Assembly (NCBI GenBank): GCA_052389415.1 | Contig: JBQTHX010000081.1 | Location: 1-34,621 of the forward strand | DNA from: Nitrosopumilaceae archaeon | GTDB lineage: Archaea > Thermoproteota > Nitrososphaeria > Nitrososphaerales > Nitrosopumilaceae | DNA length: 34,621 bases | Direction: 5' to 3' | Shown: positions 18,044 through 27,503 of the stretch, piece by piece | How the letters are laid out: each line of letters begins with the position of its first letter | Position numbering within the stretch: the first letter of the stretch is position 1 | Made by a program: the position numbers and the translations under genes | The notes under the pieces: generated by a model | The model's input: the letters and a program-made list of their open reading frames with translations, nothing else | The model's database searches: none | Told to the model about the DNA's origin: nothing

Positions 18044-20530
18044 ATGAAATTATTTCCGTTACTCGTATTCCCACTATTTCTTTTTGGTTGGACTGCCTGT
18101 TCTGCTGATAAAGGAAGCTATGTTGATACAATACAATTTATCGAGTATACCGATGAAAATACTGCGCTAGAAGAGATAAAAAATGGGAACTTGGATCTTT
18201 ATTATTATAGAATACCGCCAGAAAGAATTGAAGATCCAAAATCAAGGGAAGAATTGAGTGTCTTTCAATCTACAGGAGGATCATACAGTATTCTAATCAA
18301 CCCTGCTGAATCTGAAAAATTTAATCCATTTTCATTACGTGAAACTCGCTTTGCACTAAATTATCTAATAGATAGAGAACTGATTGTAAATGAATTTCTA
18401 GGAGGATACGGCATTGCAATGATTTCAGCATATGCTCCATTTGATCCTGACTATCTTCTAGTCCTCGAGGAACTTGAGTCCTTCAACTTTAGATATAACC
18501 CAATACTTGCTGAAGAAATAATTTCGAGCTCTCTTCTTACTGCAGGGGCTGAAAAAATAGATGGCAGGTGGTTTCATAATTCAAAACCAATTGAGATTAT
18601 TATTTTTATTAGAAGTGATGATCCTGTACGAAAATCTATTGGTGAAGTCCTTTCTGCACAGCTAGAAAAGATTGGGTTTACAGTCAAAAAAGATTTTGGA
18701 GACTTGAATAAAGCATTTACTATAGTATATGGAAGTGATCCTGCAGAACAAAAATGGAATATCTACACAGAAGGATGGGCAGGAAGATCCGCATTTGTAA
18801 GATATGATACACTAGTAACTGCTCAAATGTATTCACCTTGGTACTGTAATACGCCAGGACTTTGTGACCCTACTTACTGGAATTACCAAAATGCAACAAT
18901 TGATGTAATATCTCAGAATGTTTTCAATGGCAACTTTACTTCTGCACAGGGGCGCGCAAATCTTTTGAAACAAGCAACATCTATAGGTGTACAAGAATCT
19001 GTCAGGGTATTTCTTGCAAGCAAAATTGATGTGTATGTAACGAGTGATAAGATAAAAGGAATCGTAAATGACTTTGGGGCAGGTGTGCCTAGTAGATTTA
19101 CACCAATAAATATCCAGAGTGATTCAGACCTTGTAAGAATTGGGGTAAAGCAGATCTATCAGGGCGCTTGGAATCCCATAGGAGGGCTAAGTGATCTCTA
19201 CAGCAGAGCAATCTGGGATATAATTTCTGACCCAGCTACATTCAAACATCCGTATACAGGTTTGACTATACCAATCAGAACGCAGTGGAAAGTAGATGCT
19301 GGAGGACCAGATGCAAAATTCGAAGTACCGAAGGATGCAATAAAATGGAATTCGACTCAACAAAGCTGGATTGAAGTAGGAGAAGGCAATCATGCCATAA
19401 CTAAAGTTACCTTTGATCTGAAATTTGGTAACTGGCATAATGGTCAACCAATGGACATGAACGATATTTTATATCCAATTTATTTCATGTACGAATGGAC
19501 TTGTGATACAGAAGACGATAAGACTTGCGATTCTGAATATTCTCCTAAGGCATACCAAGCCACTCAAACACTTGCTGGGATTAGAGTTATTGATTCTGAC
19601 ACCATCGAAGTATATCAGAATTATTGGCACTTTGACCAAGCAGAAATTGCGGATTCAGCAGCGGTATGGGCAGGAATGCCTTGGGAGGTAATTGCTGCAA
19701 TGGAAAAATCCGTAACGGACGGTAAGGTTGCGTTTTCTAGATCAAATTCAGTAGGAAACAACATAGGATGGCTTTCCTTACTAATACCAGATGACGCAAC
19801 TCAGATAAAATCAAACCTTGAAGAATTCAAAAAAACAAACTTTATTCCAACTGCTCTTACAACTCTTGAATCGGATCACTCTTATTTTGATGCACGATAT
19901 GATTCTACAATTTCGTGGATTGAAAAGAAAAATCATGCAGTAATTAGCAACGGTCCTTTCTATATGGAAAACTATTCCCCCGAAGCAAGAACTATAACGG
20001 TAAGAGCTTTTGATGATCCAAAATATCCATTCAAGGCAGGACACTGGCGGGAATTCACTAACGTTAGACTTTCCACAATAAATCGTGTTGATATACCTGA
20101 TTTTATCAAAAAAGGAGATGAGATAACGGTTCCTATCTTTGTTAATGGTGACTCTACGATCTATTATTATTTCATTAATGCTAACAACGAAGTAGTGGTA
20201 TCAGGTACAAAAAAATCTGGCAATAATAAAATCGACCTTACTTTATCAAAAGATGAAACTAGCCTTTTTAGCGTAGGCGCAAATGACTTGAAGATTTTTT
20301 CAGTATCTGATTCTGCTTTGCGTCCTGACATTTTCCGGACAAGCTTTTTAGTTGTGAATGAAGAGTTTGACGAACCAACTGAAGAACTAAATGCAGATCT
20401 AGGAACTTTATCCACAGATCAAGATTATCTTATTCCAGTTTTGGTAATAATTGCAATCATTATAGTGTTTTTCATTTTTCTAAGAAAAAGGAAACAAGCT
20501 TCTCATGTTATCAGTAAGGAGGATAATTGA
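18044..20530 (+). CDS. Peptide/nickel ABC transporter substrate-binding protein (family 5), C-terminally TM-anchored
   Basis: NPF...E.RFALNYLIDR, WHNGQP....DI and SNGPF motifs; C-terminal TM + RKRK; lies upstream of two permeases. Confidence 0.88.
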   Translation: MKLFPLLVFPLFLFGWTACSADKGSYVDTIQFIEYTDENTALEEIKNGNLDLYYYRIPPERIEDPKSREELSVFQSTGGSYSILINPAESEKFNPFSLRETRFALNYLIDRELIVNEFLGGYGIAMISAYAPFDPDYLLVLEELESFNFRYNPILAEEIISSSLLTAGAEKIDGRWFHNSKPIEIIIFIRSDDPVRKSIGEVLSAQLEKIGFTVKKDFGDLNKAFTIVYGSDPAEQKWNIYTEGWAGRSAFVRYDTLVTAQMYSPWYCNTPGLCDPTYWNYQNATIDVISQNVFNGNFTSAQGRANLLKQATSIGVQESVRVFLASKIDVYVTSDKIKGIVNDFGAGVPSRFTPINIQSDSDLVRIGVKQIYQGAWNPIGGLSDLYSRAIWDIISDPATFKHPYTGLTIPIRTQWKVDAGGPDAKFEVPKDAIKWNSTQQSWIEVGEGNHAITKVTFDLKFGNWHNGQPMDMNDILYPIYFMYEWTCDTEDDKTCDSEYSPKAYQATQTLAGIRVIDSDTIEVYQNYWHFDQAEIADSAAVWAGMPWEVIAAMEKSVTDGKVAFSRSNSVGNNIGWLSLLIPDDATQIKSNLEEFKKTNFIPTALTTLESDHSYFDARYDSTISWIEKKNHAVISNGPFYMENYSPEARTITVRAFDDPKYPFKAGHWREFTNVRLSTINRVDIPDFIKKGDEITVPIFVNGDSTIYYYFINANNEVVVSGTKKSGNNKIDLTLSKDETSLFSVGANDLKIFSVSDSALRPDIFRTSFLVVNEEFDEPTEELNADLGTLSTDQDYLIPVLVIIAIIIVFFIFLRKRKQASHVISKEDN

Positions 20531-20537
20531 TAGCTAG

Positions 20538-21587
20538 ATGAGTTTCAAAAGATATCTTTTGACTAGAGGTGTAACTATGTTTGGTGTTCTTATGGCTACA
20601 ATTCTAGTTACGATAGCACTTGTTGGCTCCAATATGGATAGTATACTAGAACAGAGTGTTATAGTTGAGTGCAGAGATTCCATTACTAATGACCCAGACA
20701 GCGTTAAGGGCCTGACTCCGGAAGAGTTGGAGGTGTATATTCAAGACTGCATTACTATCAGAAGAGCCACCCTAGGTCTTGATACACCTTGGCACTCTCC
20801 TCAAAGACTTGGAATAACAATGTACAAAATATTAATTCTTGATTTTGGTCAAGCTACATTTCTAACAAGTGATTCTGGGTCATCTGATGTTAAAGACATT
20901 TTGCTTGAAAAACTTCCCAGAACTATACTACTATTTACAACTGCAACTGTGATCATTTCATTGATTGGAATATTTCTTGGTACAATCTCTGCAAGCAAAC
21001 TAAATTCAAAGCTTGATAGACTCACCTCAACTTTTGCAATCATCAGTAGCAGCTTTCCTGTGTGGTGGATAGGAATGCTAATGATCTTTGCCTTTGCATT
21101 TGTTTATCAGATATTTCCATCAAGAGCAACTCCGCTTATCCCGGCAACAGATCCAGGATATTTTGTAGCGCTATTATACCACATGACTTTGCCTCTTATC
21201 ACTTTGGTGTTGATCGGATTTGGTGCATGGGCCTATCTTGTTCGAAATTTTGTAATTGGAATTTTACAAGAAGACTTTGTAACTGCCAAAAGAGCAATTG
21301 GAATTCCTGAAAAAAAGATTCTTTTCAGACATGCGCTAAAAAATGCGGCCCCTCCGATTGTAACTGTTCTAGCGTTGAGCCTTTCAGGTTCCTTGGGCGG
21401 TGCAATAATTACAGAAGCTGTATTTGATTGGCCTGGAATGGGAAGATTATACTTTGAAGCAGTTAATGTTTCGGATCTTCCCGTGATAATAGGCGCAACT
21501 TACGTTCTTACTGCATTTTTCCTTGTAAGTATATTCTTGGCAGATATCTTGTATGGTTATTTTGATCCTAGGGTGAGGACAGGATGA
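20538..21587 (+). CDS. dppB: Peptide ABC transporter permease (DppB/OppB type)
   Basis: LPRT, P.WW.G, EAA loop (EDFVTAKRAIG...HALKNA) and ITEAVFDWPGMG...DPRVR. Confidence 0.9.
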   Translation: MSFKRYLLTRGVTMFGVLMATILVTIALVGSNMDSILEQSVIVECRDSITNDPDSVKGLTPEELEVYIQDCITIRRATLGLDTPWHSPQRLGITMYKILILDFGQATFLTSDSGSSDVKDILLEKLPRTILLFTTATVIISLIGIFLGTISASKLNSKLDRLTSTFAIISSSFPVWWIGMLMIFAFAFVYQIFPSRATPLIPATDPGYFVALLYHMTLPLITLVLIGFGAWAYLVRNFVIGILQEDFVTAKRAIGIPEKKILFRHALKNAAPPIVTVLALSLSGSLGGAIITEAVFDWPGMGRLYFEAVNVSDLPVIIGATYVLTAFFLVSIFLADILYGYFDPRVRTG

Positions 21588-22939
21588 GAACAAGAGAGAT
21601 CTGGGAAGATTTTTCAAAAAGTAAAATAGGACTGGCTGGAATAGGTATTCTAATCTCGCTTTTTTGCTTGTCATTGGTTGCAGTAATCACAATTCCTGAT
21701 GAGACCTTTAGAGAATGGAATAATCCTTCGAGCTGGATAACGTATCCAAAAACATCCCAGCCTGCTTGGATGAATTACTTTAGCTTGGAAAAAATCCCAG
21801 AACATAAGATACTAAGTAATCCTCAAACATCATCTCAAACCACAGGTGAAATTTCAACTTTCTCACAAAACTTTGCTATCGAATATAATTATGACGGATT
21901 TCCAAGTGATTTTATCTATGAATACTCTACAAAATATTCAGGTTCTCCATTGTTGCAACTGTCAGTAACTCGTCCTGATGGTACACAGATAGATCTAGTT
22001 TCAAGATCACTTCCTAAATCAGAGGGTTCAATTTATTCAGAACAAATTTTTTCTACTGATGATTCTGTGAAAAAAAATCTTAGAAAAATTTTGGACAATT
22101 TTAATTTTCTAACTGATCTATTATCTGCTGAAGACATTGTCTTTTCTCAAACAGATAAAAACACAATCTTAAAGGGAAAATATGTTTTTCATGCTAAATT
22201 CTACAATGTAAACTCTAAAATTGAAATAGATAATTCAAGACTAATTCTTGGGGGTAAAGTTTACGGTCTTATTGGAACTGATGATTTGAGACGAGATCTT
22301 GCTATTGGAATACTCTGGGGGACTCCGCTGGCACTGTTCATTGGAATATCAGTCGCAATAGGCTCCGTAATAATCGGACTAGTCTATGGCGTTTACGCAG
22401 GATACAAAGGAAAAAAAACGGATGAAGGATTGATGCGCTTTAATGACGTGATATACGCCATGCCTTCACTTCCATTGTTGATAATTTTAACCGTAACTCT
22501 AGGAAATAACATATTTCTGATAGTTGGATTCTTGATGATTTTTGGCTGGGTAGGCACCGCAAAAATTTCAAGGAGCATGGCAATTCAAATAAAAAATCTC
22601 CAATATGTAGAGGCGTCGAAAATTATGGGACAAAAAGATATCAAAATAATTTTCAAGCACATAATCCCTCAACTCTTGCCTTTTACTTTTGCAAGTATCG
22701 CAATATCTGTGCCTTCTGCTATCACTACTGAAGCGGCGTTAAGCTTCTTGGGGCTAGGGGATCCAACCTTTCCTACTTGGGGTCAAATACTTCATGATGC
22801 AAATTCATTTGGTGCTGCCGCACGCGGTCTTTGGTGGTGGATTCTTCCTCCTGGAATAATGATTGCAATTACTGGTCTTGCTTTTGTCTTTATAGGAAAC
22901 GCGATGGATACAATTGCAAATCCAAGACTGAAACGCTAG
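21584..22939 (+). CDS. dppC: Peptide ABC transporter permease (DppC/OppC type) with a large extracellular insertion
   Basis: GTDDLRRD, YVEASKIMG...KHIIP, EAALSFLGLG...WG and WWW..PPG motifs. Confidence 0.9.
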   Translation: MRTREIWEDFSKSKIGLAGIGILISLFCLSLVAVITIPDETFREWNNPSSWITYPKTSQPAWMNYFSLEKIPEHKILSNPQTSSQTTGEISTFSQNFAIEYNYDGFPSDFIYEYSTKYSGSPLLQLSVTRPDGTQIDLVSRSLPKSEGSIYSEQIFSTDDSVKKNLRKILDNFNFLTDLLSAEDIVFSQTDKNTILKGKYVFHAKFYNVNSKIEIDNSRLILGGKVYGLIGTDDLRRDLAIGILWGTPLALFIGISVAIGSVIIGLVYGVYAGYKGKKTDEGLMRFNDVIYAMPSLPLLIILTVTLGNNIFLIVGFLMIFGWVGTAKISRSMAIQIKNLQYVEASKIMGQKDIKIIFKHIIPQLLPFTFASIAISVPSAITTEAALSFLGLGDPTFPTWGQILHDANSFGAAARGLWWWILPPGIMIAITGLAFVFIGNAMDTIANPRLKR

Positions 22940-23253
22940 GCTCTGAATTGGCGGACCAGTCTTATCACTTCATCATTTAACTTCAAAGTATATGCCGCTG
23001 CATTGGGATCAGTCTCCTGTGAAAGCATTTCTGCGAACTGCGTCTTGTCCTTTCCTCTTTCGTACATTCCTCCAGATTCTTTTATGCAAAGAGGAAACTT
23101 TTGCATTTTAAGACCACTTTTAGAAAGATAGTCTATGAATTTTTTGTAATCTTGAGTTGAAAACCATTCCGAGTTTTTTTCACTACATGCCATTATCCAG
23201 GTGTCAATCGTATTTTGAAATAATGCTTTTTGTCTTAATTCTTCTAGAGTCAT
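22936..23253 (-). CDS. Conserved hypothetical protein (105 aa)
   Basis: ATG-started ORF with globular composition; last gene of a minus-strand run. Confidence 0.75.
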   Translation of the reverse strand: MTLEELRQKALFQNTIDTWIMACSEKNSEWFSTQDYKKFIDYLSKSGLKMQKFPLCIKESGGMYERGKDKTQFAEMLSQETDPNAAAYTLKLNDEVIRLVRQFRA

Positions 23254-23268
23254 GGAGATTTAGTGAAT

Positions 23269-23565
23269 TTAAAAGTCAGCTCTTTTCATTTTAGAGCCAC
23301 ACCGTGGGCAGGAGCCACCTTTGTATCTGTTGTTGCAAGTCAGACAAATATATTTCACAGTCTGGTTTTGACCAAAAAATCCACTGCCTTCGCCCAATCC
23401 TCCCATTCTTTTCATAGCGCGTCTTCTAATTATGAGTGGGAAAATAATGAATAGGGCTAATGATGTAATCAATCCCCATGGAAATCCTAACAGCGCCTGT
23501 AATCCGATGCTTATTGCTAGTGAGCCAAAAAGGAAAATTAGATATGTTCTATACTGTTTGTCCAA
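23269..23565 (-). CDS. Small membrane protein with C-terminal Zn ribbon
   Basis: Two TMs, an RRR + Gly-rich linker, then CLTC...CPRCGS. Confidence 0.8.
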   Translation of the reverse strand: MDKQYRTYLIFLFGSLAISIGLQALLGFPWGLITSLALFIIFPLIIRRRAMKRMGGLGEGSGFFGQNQTVKYICLTCNNRYKGGSCPRCGSKMKRADF

Positions 23566-23613
23566 CAGTTAACTTTGTTTCAAAAACCTTATAAGTTTTT
23601 GTCAGAATTTTTC

Positions 23614-24012
23614 TTAGTCTACTGTTAATGAGAGAATATTGCCATCTCTGTCATAGGCAAAAATATCATTGTCCTCGTAGGGCGATTTAACGATCATTGT
23701 TACTAGTCCAAAAAAATTGTGTAGATCAGTAACAGACGGTTCTGGAGAACCAATCGGGTGAGAATGAACAGTTCCCACATAGCTTGGATCAAAAGGCAAA
23801 AATGAATGAGGAAAACCAGCAAACGTAGGCCCATGTTCTGAAAACGGTGGTATTACAAGACCGTCTATCTTCACGTTCCCTTTTTGTGATCTTCCACGCA
23901 GAATCAATAATCCTTCATTTGGATGATTCATCTTGCAAAATGTCAATATTCCATCGCGCGATTCTTTCGTAATTGTAACAGTACGGTGCATTTTGGGTTT
24001 TTTGAAAATCAT
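23614..24012 (-). CDS. JAMM/MPN+ (Mov34) metallopeptidase
   Basis: PNE...HSHP-x4-PS-x2-D matches the complete E-xn-HSH-x7-S-x2-D JAMM motif. Confidence 0.9.
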   Translation of the reverse strand: MIFKKPKMHRTVTITKESRDGILTFCKMNHPNEGLLILRGRSQKGNVKIDGLVIPPFSEHGPTFAGFPHSFLPFDPSYVGTVHSHPIGSPEPSVTDLHNFFGLVTMIVKSPYEDNDIFAYDRDGNILSLTVD

Positions 24013-24037
24013 AAGAAAAGATTCCTAGTCGTGCTAA

Positions 24038-25315
24038 TTAATCTTCAGTTACGTTAAATTTGGGACCTAAAGTTTCCTCTAGTTTTGATTCTAGGTTTTT
24101 TATCAACTGTGGTAAGAGTATTGTTGATTCATTAATTTTATTTTCAAGATTGGTTATTTCTATCTCAAGATGTTTTTTATGTTCTTTTGTGTTAGATAGT
24201 TTTTTTTCTTTTTCGTCCAGATCTTTGTTGTTAAACAAGATGGTCTGTTTTAATGCATTTCTGTTATTTGAAAGATTATTTTTTGATTGGACAAATTCAT
24301 CTAACATAGTTATTGTTTCTTCAATTTGCTCTACTGATTTGTCAGTATCCTTGACAGAGATGCTTCCAGCAACAACAGATTTGATTACTGCCTGTAATAC
24401 TTCAATTATTGCACCTTTGGTATCATCAGTAATAATGTCAAATGGTTCATCAATCAATTTTTCCATGACTAATCTTAATGGCTTCTCTAATGAAGACACA
24501 TACCGATACTTACCAAGAGGTCTTGAAATTTTTGAGAACTGAAAATCAATCTGCTTTCTTATCTTTTCTTCTTCACCATCAAGTGATTCTAGGTTTTTTT
24601 TGATTCGAAGAAATTCAGTGTATTCCTTACTTGATATTAGATTATTGATTTGTTCCTCTAAGCTTTGAATGGATTTGTTGCTCGCTTGGATCTCTTCTTT
24701 TAGCTTCATTATTGAATTATTCCTTGCCTTGTTCTCTTTTTTAGAGTCGGAGAATTTTTTTTTATCTTCCAAAATTTTTGAGATTTTAGAATCTAGTGTA
24801 CTATGCTCATCAACAAGTTTTTGAAGATTTGCTTTGTATTTAGTAACATCTGCTAGAATTTCTTTTAGTCTGTCAGCATATTTTCTTGCAAATACATGCA
24901 TTACTCTGGAATTTGGACCTAAAACATCACCAATCCTTTTGAGAAATTGTGCTACTTCAGAATTCAGATTTGTTACATCTGTAAATTTTGTAATTTCATC
25001 AAATGTTTTTGCGGTTTCTTTTCTTACTCCTGAAATTAATGCATTTTTTCCTCTCTCTACGATTATTTTCAAATGTTTATCAATGTCGTGTGATCCTAGA
25101 TCGTCTGACTCGAATTGCAAAAATAATTGAATTATTGCTTTTCTGCTTAGTTCGATCTCACTTCTAATTGCTTTTGTTTTTTCTATGATTATATTGATCA
25201 AACTATTCTTTTTTTCCTCTAATAGACTGTCTATAGCATCTATAGAAATTTGTTTTACTGGTTGGGAAGACTCGATAGAACCTGCTGTCTTTTTTTTACC
25301 CCAACCAAAAACCAT
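24038..25315 (-). CDS. Long coiled-coil protein of unknown function
   Basis: Heptad-rich and K/E-rich, with no Walker motifs. Likely start is ATG 25315 (MVFGWGKKK); the track extends it to 25363. Confidence 0.8.
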   Translation of the reverse strand: MVFGWGKKKTAGSIESSQPVKQISIDAIDSLLEEKKNSLINIIIEKTKAIRSEIELSRKAIIQLFLQFESDDLGSHDIDKHLKIIVERGKNALISGVRKETAKTFDEITKFTDVTNLNSEVAQFLKRIGDVLGPNSRVMHVFARKYADRLKEILADVTKYKANLQKLVDEHSTLDSKISKILEDKKKFSDSKKENKARNNSIMKLKEEIQASNKSIQSLEEQINNLISSKEYTEFLRIKKNLESLDGEEEKIRKQIDFQFSKISRPLGKYRYVSSLEKPLRLVMEKLIDEPFDIITDDTKGAIIEVLQAVIKSVVAGSISVKDTDKSVEQIEETITMLDEFVQSKNNLSNNRNALKQTILFNNKDLDEKEKKLSNTKEHKKHLEIEITNLENKINESTILLPQLIKNLESKLEETLGPKFNVTED

Positions 25316-25380
25316 CTGATAATTCACTCGTTGTATTGTTGTCATTACAACATTAAATATCACACGATGTAAATCATCCT

Positions 25381-25689
25381 GTGAGTGATACTCGCTTTAT
25401 AATGCTAGGAATTGTATTCATATTTGCTGGATTTCTAATCTTGGGAATAGTTGGGCGACCATTTTTTGAATTTACAATACAGGCAAATGAGTTTGGAGAT
25501 TGTATTGATTATACTGAAACAGGAACATTAACGAGAGATTGTGAAACAATAATTCAAGACAAACTACTCTTTTTTGGGGGGGTGATGGGTTTAATTGGTT
25601 CTGGGATTATAGCGCTAATCAAAGGATATCGCGGACGTTGGGATCAGGATGTAAAAAGCGATGAAATAGTGGGACCAAAAAAAGACTAG
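25381..25689 (+). CDS. Hypothetical two-TM membrane protein
   Basis: Two hydrophobic helices flank a loop carrying a Cys pair; C-terminal G.WD...K motif. Confidence 0.75.
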   Translation: MSDTRFIMLGIVFIFAGFLILGIVGRPFFEFTIQANEFGDCIDYTETGTLTRDCETIIQDKLLFFGGVMGLIGSGIIALIKGYRGRWDQDVKSDEIVGPKKD

Positions 25690-25797
25690 AGATGTCTTTT
25701 TGGCAAAACCGTCCCTGTCAATTTCCTTTGTGTTCCGGTTTATCTCTCGAAGTTTTGATAGTTATTTGACATGATGGATTGATAACCAAAACATAAT

Positions 25798-26868
25798 TTA
25801 TTCTGGTTTCATTAGGATCTTTCCAAAAACGTTTCCCCTTAGCATCTTTGTATGGGCTTCCACTGCATTCTCAAACGTGTATACAGAATCAATTATCGGT
25901 CTTATCCTTCCTTTTGACATCCAAAATAGTGACTCTTCTAGCTCTGCTCTTGTTCCTTGTGTAGAACCTAAGATGTTTATGCCTTTGAAAAAAATATGTC
26001 TTAGATCTGTCTTGACATCATATCCAGTTGTTGCGCCAGTTGTAACAACTGTTGCACCATATTTTAACAAAGTTAATTCTTTATTCCAATGTGAACCTCC
26101 AACATGTTCAAAAATTATATCCACACCTGGTTGTTGATTCTTCTTTTTCGCCAACTCTTTTGCAATGGAAAAAACTTCTTTATCCCAATCTTCTTTTCTA
26201 TGATCAATAGCATAATCCGCGCCGATCTCTAGACACTTTTCAAGCTTATCTGAACTTGCAGTAGCAATGACATCGCAATCATACAACTTGGCAATTTGAA
26301 TTCCAAAAGTTCCCATGCCAGAACCTCCTCCCATTATTAGAACGGTTTGACCTGGTCTAATGTTGGCTCTTCCAACTAGCATGTGCCATGATGTCATCAA
26401 AGTCATAGAAGCAGCAGCAGCTTCTTCGTAGCTAATGTTGTCTGGAATCTTTACAGTGTTTACTTCTGGTAGATGAGTGACCTCACAAAATCCTCCCCAT
26501 AATGGTCCAGTCTGAAAACCCCATACCTTTCTTTGTTTGCAATCATATTCTCTTCCTTCTGTGCATGTTGAGCAAGTACGACAGGAAATATTTCCATGTG
26601 AGACAATCCTGTCTCCAATGTTGATATTTCTCACGTCATCGCCAACTGCAATTACTTCCCCTGCAGCATCGGTTCCAGAAATGTGCGGCATTGGTATCTG
26701 AATTGGTTTTCCCCTCATTCCCCAGATGTCATCATGGTTTAAACCAGCAGCTCTTACTCTGAAAACAACTTCCTTTGATTTTGGTTCGGGTTCAGGAATA
26801 TCTTTTAATTTTAAAATTCGTTTGTAATCATCATCAGGGGCATATTCTTCATAGACTAGAGCCTTCAT
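25798..26868 (-). CDS. Medium-chain dehydrogenase/reductase (Zn-ADH/quinone-oxidoreductase-like)
   Basis: GroES-like domain, structural-Zn motif CxxCxxC-x7-C, Rossmann GGGSGMG and GKILM C-terminus. Confidence 0.92.
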   Translation of the reverse strand: MKALVYEEYAPDDDYKRILKLKDIPEPEPKSKEVVFRVRAAGLNHDDIWGMRGKPIQIPMPHISGTDAAGEVIAVGDDVRNINIGDRIVSHGNISCRTCSTCTEGREYDCKQRKVWGFQTGPLWGGFCEVTHLPEVNTVKIPDNISYEEAAAASMTLMTSWHMLVGRANIRPGQTVLIMGGGSGMGTFGIQIAKLYDCDVIATASSDKLEKCLEIGADYAIDHRKEDWDKEVFSIAKELAKKKNQQPGVDIIFEHVGGSHWNKELTLLKYGATVVTTGATTGYDVKTDLRHIFFKGINILGSTQGTRAELEESLFWMSKGRIRPIIDSVYTFENAVEAHTKMLRGNVFGKILMKPE

Positions 26869-26988
26869 GCAAAAAAACTGATGACAACTTATTATATAGA
26901 TTGGCTGACAAGTATTGTTCGAATACTAAATGAATTAAAAAGAAAAATTTGGGAAAAAATTAGTTTTTTGGATTGGTTAGAAAATCTG

Positions 26989-27297
26989 TTAAGCTGCTGG
27001 TTCGGTTGCAGGTTGCGAAGAACTTTCTATGATTTCACCAGAAGCAAATCGTCCGCCCACTTGGGTGATCTTTATTTTTGCATTCTGGCCAGCCTTGCCG
27101 TTTTTAACAAATATCACAAAGCCATCTACTCTTGCGATACCGTCTCCTTTTCTGCTAATTTCCGTTATGGAAACATCATACTCTTTTCCGGTTTCTACAG
27201 GTTTTGGTCCGTCATCAAATCGTCTATTACCGCCATATCCTCTATCTCGGCCATATCCTCTATTGGATCTTCCAAAACCGCCGTCGTTGTAACTCAT
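26989..27297 (-). CDS. Single-TRAM-domain RNA chaperone with RG/Y-rich N-tail
   Basis: PV..G.EYDV.I.....KGDGIARVDGFVIFV...G....KI......FA is the archaeal single-TRAM signature. Confidence 0.92.
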   Translation of the reverse strand: MSYNDGGFGRSNRGYGRDRGYGGNRRFDDGPKPVETGKEYDVSITEISRKGDGIARVDGFVIFVKNGKAGQNAKIKITQVGGRFASGEIIESSSQPATEPAA

Positions 27298-27302
27298 CGT
27301 TG

Positions 27303-27310
27303 CACCTCCT
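27303..27310 (-). promoter_or_regulatory. Strong Shine-Dalgarno (AGGAGGTG) of the TRAM gene
   Basis: AGGAGGTG lies 5 nt before the ATG at 27297. Confidence 0.75.
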
Positions 27311-27439
27311 TTCTGATATTATGATGAATTGCATCTCAATAAGAATGGATGTAAATTGCGATTACGACATAATAATTGACATTACCGCTAAATTGAATCA
27401 TTTCAGCATGCTTAATAATGATGCAAAAACTTGAAGTAT

Positions 27440-27496
27440 ATGGCAAAAGCCAAATCAAAAGCTAAATCAAAAAGCTCAAAAAAATCTAAAAGATAA
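27440..27496 (+). CDS. Candidate 18-aa basic micropeptide MAKAKSKAKSKSSKKSKR
   Basis: ATG...TAA with only K/S/A/R after Met; TATA-like TTAATA at 27412-27417 and a hairpin + pyrimidine tract just downstream. Confidence 0.55.
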   Translation: MAKAKSKAKSKSSKKSKR

Positions 27497-27503
27497 AAAA
27501 TCT

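Noticed and set aside
2299-22939. Convergent stop-codon overlaps (2299-2309, 13620-13625, 17240-17254, 22936-22939)
   Set aside because: An ordinary consequence of genome compaction.
24038-25315. Calling the coiled-coil protein SbcC/SMC
   Set aside because: No Walker A/B, ABC signature, hinge or zinc-hook motif.
26881-27434. Plus-strand ORFs 26881-27324, 27029-27292 and 27204-27434
   Set aside because: Antisense to the TRAM gene, with no recognisable protein features.
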